64,000 nucleotides of DNA from an uncultured Clostridium sp. (GTDB lineage Bacteria; Bacillota; Clostridia; TANB77; CAG-508). Where the stretch lies: contig CANPNZ010000004.1 of NCBI GenBank assembly GCA_947575605.1, positions 21,258 through 85,257 of the forward strand, in the 5' to 3' direction. Position numbers and translations under genes: made by a program. The notes under the pieces were generated by a model. It had not been told where the DNA came from, made no database searches, and saw only the letters and a list, made by a program, of their open reading frames with translations. Below are positions 1 through 8,678 of the stretch, one piece after another. The first letter of the stretch is position 1. Each line of letters starts with the position of its first letter.

Positions 1-711
1 GTAGAAGAAATGATAGGGGAAGAGGAAGAAGAAGAAACCATTAGGAATTGGAATACAATAGAAATAAAAGATTTATCTTTTAAATATAATAAAGAAAATA
101 AAACTAATATAAAAATACCACAATTTAGCATGAATCGAAAAGATAAAATTAGTATTGTAGGAAAATCAGGACAAGGAAAAACAACATTTTTAAATATTTT
201 AGCAAGATACCTAAGTATACCAGATAATAATTATATAATAGATGGAGAAAAGAAAAAGGGAAACTTAGACTTAGCTTATATCTCACAAGAGATAGATTTA
301 TTTGATTTAACAGTTAGAGAGAATTTATGTTTAGGAAAAGAAATTCCAGAAGAAAAATTGATGAAATACATAGAAGAAGCAGGACTTTTAGATTGGGTAA
401 AGGGACTTGAAAAAGGATTAGATACCGTAGTAGGAGAAAGAGGACTAAAATTATCAGTAGGGCAAAAACAAAGGATAAATTTGATAAGAGGAATCGTATT
501 AGACAAAGAGATGTATATTTTAGATGAGCCAACTTCAAATCTTGACAAAGAAACAGAAAAGATGATTGTTAATTTGATAGAAAAATATTTGAAAGAAAAG
601 ACAGTGATTATTGTAACACATAGAGAAGAAATAAAAAAATTATGTACAAAACATTATAAATTTGTTAATAATACAATGGAATTAGACAAAGAAGATAGTT
701 ATAGCCAATAA
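1..711 (+). CDS. ABC transporter ATP-binding domain; the gene continues upstream of the window
   Basis: Frame is open from nt 1. Walker A GKSGQGKT, signature LSVGQKQR, Walker B ILDEPTS, H-loop VTHR. Confidence 0.9.
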   Translation, partial: VEEMIGEEEEEETIRNWNTIEIKDLSFKYNKENKTNIKIPQFSMNRKDKISIVGKSGQGKTTFLNILARYLSIPDNNYIIDGEKKKGNLDLAYISQEIDLFDLTVRENLCLGKEIPEEKLMKYIEEAGLLDWVKGLEKGLDTVVGERGLKLSVGQKQRINLIRGIVLDKEMYILDEPTSNLDKETEKMIVNLIEKYLKEKTVIIVTHREEIKKLCTKHYKFVNNTMELDKEDSYSQ

Positions 712-789
712 AATTATTCTGGCAAATCTTACAAACACAAGGGAAATCTAAGAAAATGATAAAAATAATTAAAAAAATAGGAAAAATAC

Positions 790-818
790 TTGACAAGTAT
801 CAGAAAAATTAGTATAAT
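790..818 (+). promoter_or_regulatory. sigma-A type promoter for the tRNA cluster
   Basis: TTGACA (790-795), 17-nt spacer, TATAAT (813-818), about 22 nt upstream of tRNA-Val. Confidence 0.6.
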
Positions 819-840
819 AAATCTCGTCAAAAGACGAAAC

Positions 841-916
841 GGTCGCTTAGCTCAGCTGGGAGAGCATCTGCCTTACAAGCAGGGGGTCATAGGTTCGAGC
901 CCTATAGCGACCACCA
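841..916 (+). tRNA. tRNA-Val (anticodon TAC)
   Basis: 76-nt cloverleaf. Acceptor GGTCGCT/AGCGACC, anticodon loop CTTACAA, T-loop GGTTCGAGCC, encoded CCA. Confidence 0.9.
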
Positions 917-925
917 TCTTTTTAT

Positions 926-1002
926 GGCCCGGTAGTTCAGTTGGTTAGAACGCTAGCCTGTCACGCTAGAGGTCGACGGTTCGAGCCCGTTCCGGGTCGC
1001 CA
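926..1002 (+). tRNA. tRNA-Asp (anticodon GTC)
   Basis: Acceptor GGCCCGG/CCGGGTC, anticodon loop CTGTCAC, T-loop GGTTCGAGCC, encoded CCA. Confidence 0.9.
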
Positions 1003-1041
1003 TTTTTTTATATAAAATATGGCGATTCATTATTTATATAT

Positions 1042-1117
1042 GCCTTTATAGCTCAGTTGGTAGAGCAAAGGACTGAAAATCCTTGTGTCCCTGGTTCGAT
1101 TCCAGGTGAAGGCACCA
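1042..1117 (+). tRNA. tRNA-Phe (anticodon GAA)
   Basis: Acceptor GCCTTTA/TGAAGGC, anticodon loop CTGAAAA, T-loop GGTTCGATTCC, encoded CCA. Confidence 0.9.
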
Positions 1118-1124
1118 AATGAAA

Positions 1125-1155
1125 AAAGGAAAGAGTTTCGCAAACTCTTTCCTTT
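1125..1155. terminator. bidirectional intrinsic terminator between the tRNA cluster and the convergent acyl-CoA ligase gene
   Basis: Perfect 14-bp stem AAAGGAAAGAGTTT/AAACTCTTTCCTTT with a 3-nt loop, A-run before and T-run after. Confidence 0.7.
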
Positions 1156-1160
1156 ATGAT

Positions 1161-2903
1161 CTAGTCTTTCTTATTTAGCTTCATATTATCACCATATCTT
1201 TTAATTTTTTGCGTTGTTGTTTTTTCAAACTCTTTCTCTCGAATACCAAAACTCTTAATATGCTTATAATTAGGGAGTTTTTTATTAACAGCCGATACGC
1301 AATCAGAAACAACTTTCCAAATTTCTTCTTTCGTAGGGACAGAGCCTTTTAAATACTCTGTAATGGCTTCTATATTAGGATAAATTTGAGCATTAATATA
1401 GGTTTCATCATCATTTTCTTTATGAATACCTAAAACTAAAGCTTCTGAAATCAAAGGATTATCATTCAAATAATATTCTACTTCTTCGGGATAAATATTT
1501 TTACCATTTTTAGTAACAATTACACTCTTACATCTACCAGTAATATATAGATAGCCATTTTCATCTATTTTTCCTAAATCGCCTGTATGAAACCAACCAT
1601 CTATAATCGTTTGTTTTGTTTTTTCTTCATCTTCATAATAGCCAAGCATAACATTAGGCCCTTTTACAATAATTTCTCCAACCCCTTCTGCATTTGGCTG
1701 GTCAATTTTATATGCGACATTAGGAATAGGAAGACCAGCTGCATTATCTTTTTGGAAAAAGTCAGTATTACCAGCAACAAGAGGAGCACATTCTGTTAAA
1801 CCATATCCTTGTAAAGTCAATAATTTTAAATCCTTGAAGTCAGCGACAAGGTCTGGATTAGCGGCAGCAGCTCCAACAATAAACACACGAAGTCTTCCAC
1901 CAAGTGTATTTTTTACCTTTGTTCTTACAATTTTCTTTAAATAAAAAGGTAAATTAGGAAAAGGATTTCCTTCTTTTTTTCTATATTTTTCTGGTAAAGA
2001 CGTATTCATATTTTTTACAATATTTTTATGCATGTTTTCAAGTAGTAAAGGAACACATAAAATAACAGAAGGATGAAATTCACTAAGATTTTTGGTAATA
2101 TGGCGTAATCCTTCACAATGTGCAATACTAGCTCCACTATAAATTGGTAACAAAAATCCTAATGTACATTCATATGTATGATGCAAAGGTAAAATAGAAA
2201 AAAATAAATCGCTTCTTTTTACTTTTACAATACCATAAGTAGATAAAATGTTAGAGCAGATATTTCTTTGTGATAAACAAACACCTTTTGCATTTCCAGT
2301 TGTTCCAGAAGTAAAAAGTAAAATGCGTAGTTCATCTGGATTAATTTCGATTTTGTCAAATTCATCGTTTCCCTTTTCATAAGATGTTTTACCAGAAATT
2401 AATAAATGGGCTAAACAATTTTTACTTTCTTTGTTATCAAAAGGAACAAAAAGGGTGTCTGGATTTTCAACTTTTTCAATATTTTCTAGGATGGCATCCA
2501 AATTTTTTTTATCTCCTAAAATACATACTGCTTGAGAAACATTCATAAAATTAATGACATCATCTGTATGTAATTCTTTATCAATGGGAACGACAATTCC
2601 TACTATACTTGCTGCCAAATACGAAACACACCAAGAATAACTATTTTTTCCAATAACAGCAATGCGCTTGTTTTGAAATCCTTTTTCCATCAAACTTGTC
2701 CCTAAAGAAACAATGTCATTTTTAAACTGTTCATAAGTAATTACAATAATATTTCCTTTTTCATCTTTTATTTTAAAAGCGGTTCTGGAACGATAAATAT
2801 CACTGGAACGATATAACATTTCTTTGAAGTTGCTGATTTCTTCGGTTTTATGATATTTCTTTTTTAATTGTTCTGCTACTGGTAGCTTTTGTTTCATTTG
2901 CAA
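1161..2903 (-). CDS. long-chain acyl-CoA synthetase (AMP-forming ligase family)
   Basis: 580 aa. AMP-binding motif LFTSGTTGNAKG, GYGLTE, and the C-terminal ligase region HTGDLG...GR.K. Confidence 0.85.
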   Translation of the reverse strand: MQMKQKLPVAEQLKKKYHKTEEISNFKEMLYRSSDIYRSRTAFKIKDEKGNIIVITYEQFKNDIVSLGTSLMEKGFQNKRIAVIGKNSYSWCVSYLAASIVGIVVPIDKELHTDDVINFMNVSQAVCILGDKKNLDAILENIEKVENPDTLFVPFDNKESKNCLAHLLISGKTSYEKGNDEFDKIEINPDELRILLFTSGTTGNAKGVCLSQRNICSNILSTYGIVKVKRSDLFFSILPLHHTYECTLGFLLPIYSGASIAHCEGLRHITKNLSEFHPSVILCVPLLLENMHKNIVKNMNTSLPEKYRKKEGNPFPNLPFYLKKIVRTKVKNTLGGRLRVFIVGAAAANPDLVADFKDLKLLTLQGYGLTECAPLVAGNTDFFQKDNAAGLPIPNVAYKIDQPNAEGVGEIIVKGPNVMLGYYEDEEKTKQTIIDGWFHTGDLGKIDENGYLYITGRCKSVIVTKNGKNIYPEEVEYYLNDNPLISEALVLGIHKENDDETYINAQIYPNIEAITEYLKGSVPTKEEIWKVVSDCVSAVNKKLPNYKHIKSFGIREKEFEKTTTQKIKRYGDNMKLNKKD

Positions 2904-2939
2904 TTCTCTCCTTATATCCTAATTTTTTATTAAATTATA

Positions 2940-3737
2940 TCATTTATAACGATAAAACACAAAATCACTATTTAAAGTTACATTAACATTGCCATCATAA
3001 ATCGATTTTTCTTGCATTTTCAATGGAATATCTAAAAATACAGTAGTTTTAAATTCTTCCTCTAAATTATTCGTAATATAAATAGTAAAAGAAAGCTTGC
3101 AAGAAATAGAATTTAAATCCACATTACATCTTTTTAAAAGAGAACCATCATACGTAATTGGAGTAGAAGTATCCGTTATTGTATAATCAGTTTTAATATT
3201 TTCATTAACATAGCTCAGTGTAATAGGATTGGCTAAATTATTATACAAGGTTGGCGTATCTAAATTGGCTTGATCTTCAGAAGTAATCGTAAAATCTAAA
3301 GTATCTTGAATTTCATTTTCTGCTACCAAATCACTTTTAGCAAATTGATTCAATCCCTTAAAATATAGCTTGGGTTGTCCTAATGTAGGAGGTTCTAAAT
3401 ACTGAATATTGCTAATACTTACTTTTTTAAAGGTATTTTCTAAATTTTTTTCTTCGGAAGAAGAATTATTGATAAAGAGTGCAATATCAGTAAATTGATA
3501 AAGATTTTCTATCGTGAAATTAGTCACAGAACCAGTTTTATTTTTGGCATCACAACCACTAAATAATACAATTTTATTAACTTCGAAAACAGTTTTATCG
3601 TTTTTATTAGCAAAAGGTAAAATGTCTTTTTCAAAACTGCTTTTTAACACATATTTTTGAAATAGTAAATAGGCTAGTATAAATACAATGATAAATAATA
3701 GAAAAACAAGGATCGTCAAAACCTTTTTTTTATCCAT
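2940..3737 (-). CDS. hypothetical membrane-anchored or secreted protein
   Basis: 265-aa ORF with an N-terminal hydrophobic helix (KKVLTILVFLLFIIVFILAYLLF). No recognisable catalytic motif. Confidence 0.6.
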   Translation of the reverse strand: MDKKKVLTILVFLLFIIVFILAYLLFQKYVLKSSFEKDILPFANKNDKTVFEVNKIVLFSGCDAKNKTGSVTNFTIENLYQFTDIALFINNSSSEEKNLENTFKKVSISNIQYLEPPTLGQPKLYFKGLNQFAKSDLVAENEIQDTLDFTITSEDQANLDTPTLYNNLANPITLSYVNENIKTDYTITDTSTPITYDGSLLKRCNVDLNSISCKLSFTIYITNNLEEEFKTTVFLDIPLKMQEKSIYDGNVNVTLNSDFVFYRYK

Positions 3738-3850
3738 TTTTATTTCGCTCCTTTTTCAAATTTTCTTTCGTAAGATATCTATATAATAGTATAAATTTTA
3801 AATAAAAGCAAGACTTTAAATTTGAATTCAAAATTGCCACAATTTATTCA

Positions 3851-3879
3851 TTGACAAAAAAGTAGATAAAGGATACAAT
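3851..3879 (+). promoter_or_regulatory. sigma-A type promoter of the cell-wall hydrolase gene
   Basis: TTGACA (3851-3856), 17-nt spacer, TACAAT (3874-3879). Confidence 0.55.
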
Positions 3880-3950
3880 GATACTGGGGAGTTTGAAAAA
3901 TAACAATTCTTTTCCAAACTAGAGTTGAATTGAGAAAGGAAAATGAAACC

Positions 3951-5189
3951 ATGAAAGCAAAAGATAAAGGAAGAAGAACACATATGAAAATTACATTAAA
4001 AAATATCATTACTTTTTTAGGTCTTATTATAAGTTTATTATATATCGTTATATTTTATAACTATTATTTTGGAAGAAACAATGTATATGCATCAGAAACC
4101 CTAGCCAATATAGAAGAAAACCCGATTAGTCAAGCAGAAGAAATTGACATAGAAGAAATTATTAGGCAAAACACCAAAGAAGGGCAAAAAGAAGAATATA
4201 GTGTAGAAGAAGCCACCTTAGAATACATAACGAAATACAGAAATAATGCCAATTTACCAAAGGGACAAATGCAAGTGGTACAAGAAGGAAGAGAAGGAAA
4301 GCAAGAAATTACAACCAAAAGAATTTATCAAAAAGAAGAATTAATAGGAGAAGAACAAGTTGCTAGTAAAGTAACCAAAGCTTCTGTCAATAAAATTGTG
4401 GAAATTGGTACAGGAAATTATACCAGCAATTATAAAGTAAAAGTAGGAGACAAATTATATGTAACATCTGACCGATTATCTGTTATGGTAGAACCAAATG
4501 AACAATCACAAAAGATAGCCACATTAATCAAAGGCAATGAATTAAAACTATTAGCTATTGAAAACGATTGGTATCGAATATCCAGCAATAGTACCATTGG
4601 GTATGTAAAGGCGGAAAGCACGACTTACTTAGATACCAATAAAAAAGAAGAAATACCAAATACAACAACAGCACAAACCAAAGGACAATTGACTTCTAAA
4701 TTAAGCTTTGATATGGCTTTAAATCAACCAAGTGGATTAACCTTAGAACAATTTAAAAAGATTTTAACCGATAACAAAGATACTAATAAAATATTTAGTA
4801 ACAACGCAGAATACTTTTATTACATCGAAAAGCAATACAACATTAATGGCGTTTTTGTAGCAGCAGTTGGCATTCATGAAAGTGGATGGGGAACTTCACA
4901 AATTGCCAAAAATAAGAATAACTTATTTGGTTATGGTGCCTATGATTCTAACCCATACAATGGGGCTTATAGCTTTTCTGATTATTCAGAATGCATTGAT
5001 TTAATCGCTAGAGTATTTGTAAAATATTATATTAATCCAAAAGGAACTAGCATATACGGAGGCGAAAAAGCAATGGGAACCTATTATAATGGACCAACTT
5101 TAAGTGGTATCAATACCAGATATGCAACCGATAAGAATTGGGCTAATGGCGTATATAAGCACATGAAATATTTATACAATAAATTATAA
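3951..5189 (+). CDS. cell-wall hydrolase: TM anchor, G5 domain, SH3b domain, N-acetylglucosaminidase domain
   Basis: G5-like QVVQEGREGKQEITTKRIY...EIGTG. SH3b-like GDKLYVTS...WYRISSNSTIGYV. Glucosaminidase AAVGIHESGWGTS...NLFGYGAYD. ATG at 3951 preferred over TTG at 3930. Confidence 0.8.
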   Translation: MKAKDKGRRTHMKITLKNIITFLGLIISLLYIVIFYNYYFGRNNVYASETLANIEENPISQAEEIDIEEIIRQNTKEGQKEEYSVEEATLEYITKYRNNANLPKGQMQVVQEGREGKQEITTKRIYQKEELIGEEQVASKVTKASVNKIVEIGTGNYTSNYKVKVGDKLYVTSDRLSVMVEPNEQSQKIATLIKGNELKLLAIENDWYRISSNSTIGYVKAESTTYLDTNKKEEIPNTTTAQTKGQLTSKLSFDMALNQPSGLTLEQFKKILTDNKDTNKIFSNNAEYFYYIEKQYNINGVFVAAVGIHESGWGTSQIAKNKNNLFGYGAYDSNPYNGAYSFSDYSECIDLIARVFVKYYINPKGTSIYGGEKAMGTYYNGPTLSGINTRYATDKNWANGVYKHMKYLYNKL

Positions 5190-5195
5190 AAATTC

Positions 5196-5378
5196 AAGTT
5201 TCAACTTTTTGCAAGTTAAGGTTGTGATATATAATTTTTTACACTTTGTGTGTCGCAACTTCCTAAATAAAAAACAATTAGTCAGTTGCTCCAATTGCAC
5301 TCGCATAGCTCGTTTGGTCGCTTACGAAGTAGCTCAAAATTATATATCACAACCTTAACTTGCAAAAAGTTGAAACTT
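5196..5378 (+). repeat. family-B element copy 1: 97-nt conserved non-coding core (5239-5335) between perfect 43-bp inverted arms
   Basis: Arms 5196-5238 and 5336-5378 are exact reverse complements. The core shares ACACTTTGTGTGTCGCAAC, GTTGCTCCAATYGCACTC and TCGTTTGGTCGCTTA with the copies at 47.95 kb and 58.5 kb. Confidence 0.85.
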
Positions 5379-5418
5379 AAATATAAAAAAATCTTGCTAT
5401 TTTTTTGAATTTATTGTA

Positions 5419-5427
5419 TGATATAAT
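5419..5427 (+). promoter_or_regulatory. extended -10 element upstream of the 5487 operon
   Basis: TGaTATAAT at 5419-5427. No good -35 at 17-nt spacing. Confidence 0.4.
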
Positions 5428-5486
5428 GGCAAGAATGAATAGAAGGAAAAAATACCAAAAGAAGACCGATAGAAAGGGGCAAAATC

Positions 5487-5894
5487 ATGAAAAAAGGAAT
5501 GATAATTCTTACAATTATTGTGCTAATTATGGGAATATTATTGATAGCCAATAAAACCTATGCAGAAGACAAAGCAATTGATGACAAAACAGAAAGTAAA
5601 ATTGTTGAAATAAAAGACAATGCCGTTAAAACATTAGATGATTATAAAGTAAAATATGGGTCAGATACCTATGGAACCGTTGCCTATATTTTAAATCTTG
5701 TGCGAATTTATAGTATACCAATATGCTTTTTAGGAATTGCCATTGGCGCAATTCATCAATATGTAATAGGTATTAGAAAGTTGGACACATTGGAAAGAGG
5801 TATGGCATTTATTGTAACATGTGTAACACTTTTAATTATATGCCAAGTTTTACCACTAGCTTTTGCAGTGTTTGTAAAATTTGGAAGGGGGTAA
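5487..5894 (+). CDS. small membrane protein (signal peptide plus two C-terminal TM helices)
   Basis: 135 aa. N-terminal signal-like MKKGMIILTIIVLIMGILLIANKTYA and two hydrophobic segments. Good RBS. Its stop lies 3 nt before the next start. Confidence 0.65.
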   Translation: MKKGMIILTIIVLIMGILLIANKTYAEDKAIDDKTESKIVEIKDNAVKTLDDYKVKYGSDTYGTVAYILNLVRIYSIPICFLGIAIGAIHQYVIGIRKLDTLERGMAFIVTCVTLLIICQVLPLAFAVFVKFGRG

Positions 5895-5897
5895 CAA

Positions 5898-8615
5898 ATG
5901 AAAGTCTTATTTGCTGTAAGTAATGAAGAGATATCAGAGTCAATCGTAAAAAAATATCAAAAGGAATATAAACAAATTATTTCTTATAAAAATGTATATT
6001 ACTTTAACGCAATATTAAAGGAATTACAAAAAGATAAAACTTATGACAGAGTAGTTATAAGCGAAGATTTAGAAGCTTTTACACACACACAATACGACCA
6101 AATAGATAAATTTATTTTTGAAAAAATGGATAGTATCAGTGATGAAGCTTCTGATGTAAAAGGAAATGACACGCCAATCATCGTAATTTGTGCTGACAGA
6201 AGAACAAAATCAGAACCAATGCTAGTAAAATTATTTGGAATTGGCATTTATAACGCTATTATTGGAAACGATAGAAGTGTAGATGAAGTATGTAGATTGA
6301 TCAACAGACCACGTACAAAAAAAGAAGCAAAAGCCTATTATAAAATAGATAGCGAAGATGTAGGATATCAAGCTGAAAATGAAAATGATGTCAGTGAAAT
6401 GGAAATCCAAAACATAGTTGCTCATTATAAAAGATTAGGAAAAAACGAAGAACGTTATATTGATAGCTTTAATAATATAGCTGCACAATATAATGACACA
6501 CAATTAAGAATTATTACCAAATTTTTACCATTAAATGTGCGTGCTGTATTAGAAGAAAGATCTTCTAAATATCAGCAAATTATGTCTTTTAATAATGCTG
6601 TTTCTGACAGTTTACGAAAAAATAAAAACGAAGAAGAGAGCGATGGACCAAGTCAAGTATTATTAAAGTCAAAAAATAGAGATACTGTACTATCTAAACC
6701 AGTGGTAATACCATCAGCGGTTAATATGAGTGGAACCAAAAAATTAGCAAAACATAAGCCAGTAGAACCAATGAATAACTATGAACAGCCACAGGAACAA
6801 CAAGTACGACCTACTATACAACCTAATATCAGACAACCAGAGCCACAAAAAGTAGAAACCTCTGTACCAATGATAGAAGGATTAGATGATTTTGAAGATT
6901 TTGTACCAGAACCAATGACACAAGAACCAGTTAATCAAAAACCAGTGATACAAGAACCAGTGGTACAAGCACCAGTACAAGAAAGAATAGAACCAGTAAT
7001 AGAACAACCAGTAATCAAAGAGCCAGTGGTACAAGAAACCATACCAACAGAGCCAGTCATAGAAGGACTAGAAGAACCTACCACCCCAGAACCAGTACAA
7101 CCAGTAAAAAGAGGAAGAGGAAGACCAAGAAAAAATCCGATTCCAACAGAACAGCCAGATAAACCAAAAAGAGGAAGAGGAAGACCAAGAAAAAATCCAT
7201 TACCAGTACAAGAAGAAGTAGTACCAGTACAAGAACCAGTACAAGAAGAAATGGTATTACCTGGATTGGAACCACAAGAACAAACACAAATTCCAGAATC
7301 AAACTTCTTACCAGGTTTTGAAGAAGTGGAAGTACCAGCACCACAAACAGATACAACTATTGAGACAGAAAGACCAGATCCATTTTTACCGGGATTTGGA
7401 AACGAAGAGCCAGAAGAAAATAACATGGTATTACCTGGATTTGAAGACGAAGAACCAGAAGAAAACAACATCGTATTACCAGGATTCGGTGAGGAAGAAC
7501 CAGAAATACAAAAACAACCAAGTATACCACAACAACATTATGATACACCAACACCAGATCCATTTATATCACAACAAGAACTAGCACAATCAGAACCAGA
7601 GCCATTTATGCCAAATAATAATTATGAAACCAATTCTTATAACCATGATAATTATAATAGGAATTCATTTAATCCAATTAATACCAATAATCACAGAGAA
7701 TTAGAAGAAAGTTATGAAGAAATTGACTTATCAAATTTACTAACGCCAGACAAAAAAATTGTTACTTTTGTAGGAACTAGTAAAAATGGAACCTCATTTA
7801 TTGTTAATAATGTAGCAGAATTATTATCTTCTATTGGTATTAATGTGGCAGTTTTAGACACCACACAAAATAGAAATTCTTATTATATTTATACAAAAAA
7901 TGAAGAAGATTTGAGAGAAATAGCAACTCATAGTATAGAAGGACTTGCTCAAGGAGTAGCAAGAGGAATTGAAGTGCATAAAAATCTTACGGTTTACACT
8001 TCCTTACCAGACGATGAAAATACCATTAACCATGTAGACAAAATACTTGAAACTTTATTGCAAAAGCATTCTTTAATATTAATTGATACAGATTTCAATA
8101 CGCCACGTGGTTATTTCAAACAATCACAAGAAACGTATTTAGTACAAAGTATGGACATTTTAACCATACAACCACTTACCGCATTCTTAAAAGAATTAAA
8201 GGCAAAAAATATATTAGATGAAAGAAAATTAAGAATTGTTTTAAATAAAGTAGTAAAAATTAGAGGAATAAAGCCAGCAACTATTATAGGAGGAATGGCA
8301 TTCTATAATGATCCAGCCATGTCTTTTATGACAGAATTATTTGATCGAGATCGAATTAAATATGTTTCGATACCATTTGAAGAAGAAACTTATATTCGTT
8401 ATTTGGAAGGTATTATAGAATGTGAAATTTCGCAAAAAGGATATTCCAAAATATTTTTACAAACATTAAGAGAATTAGGAAATATGATTTATCCAATTGT
8501 AACATCAGCACCTAGAAATAATAAAAACTATCAACCACCATCAGCTGGAGCCAATGGAGGCGGTAATTTTTCTTCTAGTATGAATGATACCTTAAACAAA
8601 ATGAGAGGTTTCTAA
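5898..8615 (+). CDS. 905-aa multidomain protein: receiver-like N-terminus, Pro/Glu/Gln-rich linker with two AT-hooks and LPGF repeats, C-terminal ParA/MinD-like domain with a degenerate P-loop
   Basis: N-terminus has a CheY-like pattern (KVLFAV...VVISEDL...IIVICA). KRGRGRPRKNP occurs twice. LPGF(E/G)xEEPEENN occurs four times. C-terminus KKIVTFVGTSKNGTSF...VAVLDTT...LILIDTD is ParA-like but lacks the P-loop Lys. Confidence 0.7.
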   Translation: MKVLFAVSNEEISESIVKKYQKEYKQIISYKNVYYFNAILKELQKDKTYDRVVISEDLEAFTHTQYDQIDKFIFEKMDSISDEASDVKGNDTPIIVICADRRTKSEPMLVKLFGIGIYNAIIGNDRSVDEVCRLINRPRTKKEAKAYYKIDSEDVGYQAENENDVSEMEIQNIVAHYKRLGKNEERYIDSFNNIAAQYNDTQLRIITKFLPLNVRAVLEERSSKYQQIMSFNNAVSDSLRKNKNEEESDGPSQVLLKSKNRDTVLSKPVVIPSAVNMSGTKKLAKHKPVEPMNNYEQPQEQQVRPTIQPNIRQPEPQKVETSVPMIEGLDDFEDFVPEPMTQEPVNQKPVIQEPVVQAPVQERIEPVIEQPVIKEPVVQETIPTEPVIEGLEEPTTPEPVQPVKRGRGRPRKNPIPTEQPDKPKRGRGRPRKNPLPVQEEVVPVQEPVQEEMVLPGLEPQEQTQIPESNFLPGFEEVEVPAPQTDTTIETERPDPFLPGFGNEEPEENNMVLPGFEDEEPEENNIVLPGFGEEEPEIQKQPSIPQQHYDTPTPDPFISQQELAQSEPEPFMPNNNYETNSYNHDNYNRNSFNPINTNNHRELEESYEEIDLSNLLTPDKKIVTFVGTSKNGTSFIVNNVAELLSSIGINVAVLDTTQNRNSYYIYTKNEEDLREIATHSIEGLAQGVARGIEVHKNLTVYTSLPDDENTINHVDKILETLLQKHSLILIDTDFNTPRGYFKQSQETYLVQSMDILTIQPLTAFLKELKAKNILDERKLRIVLNKVVKIRGIKPATIIGGMAFYNDPAMSFMTELFDRDRIKYVSIPFEEETYIRYLEGIIECEISQKGYSKIFLQTLRELGNMIYPIVTSAPRNNKNYQPPSAGANGGGNFSSSMNDTLNKMRGF

Positions 8616-8678
8616 ATTGGGAAAGCAAATATTTCATGTCCAAATTAGAGTAGAGTAAAACAAGAGGAGGGAATAATT

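Noticed and set aside
5239-5335. A small peptide encoded in the family-B core (a 39-codon minus-strand ORF in copy 1)
   Set aside because: The same frame hits stops in copy 3 and differs in copy 2, so no ORF is conserved.
6935-7471. 178-aa and 92-aa minus-strand ORFs, plus short + strand ORFs (7318-7584), inside the proline-rich linker region
   Set aside because: They are antisense or out of frame to a long, well-supported CDS. Their low-complexity Ser/Gly/Cys or Leu/Val composition comes from the repeat sequence. They have no RBS.
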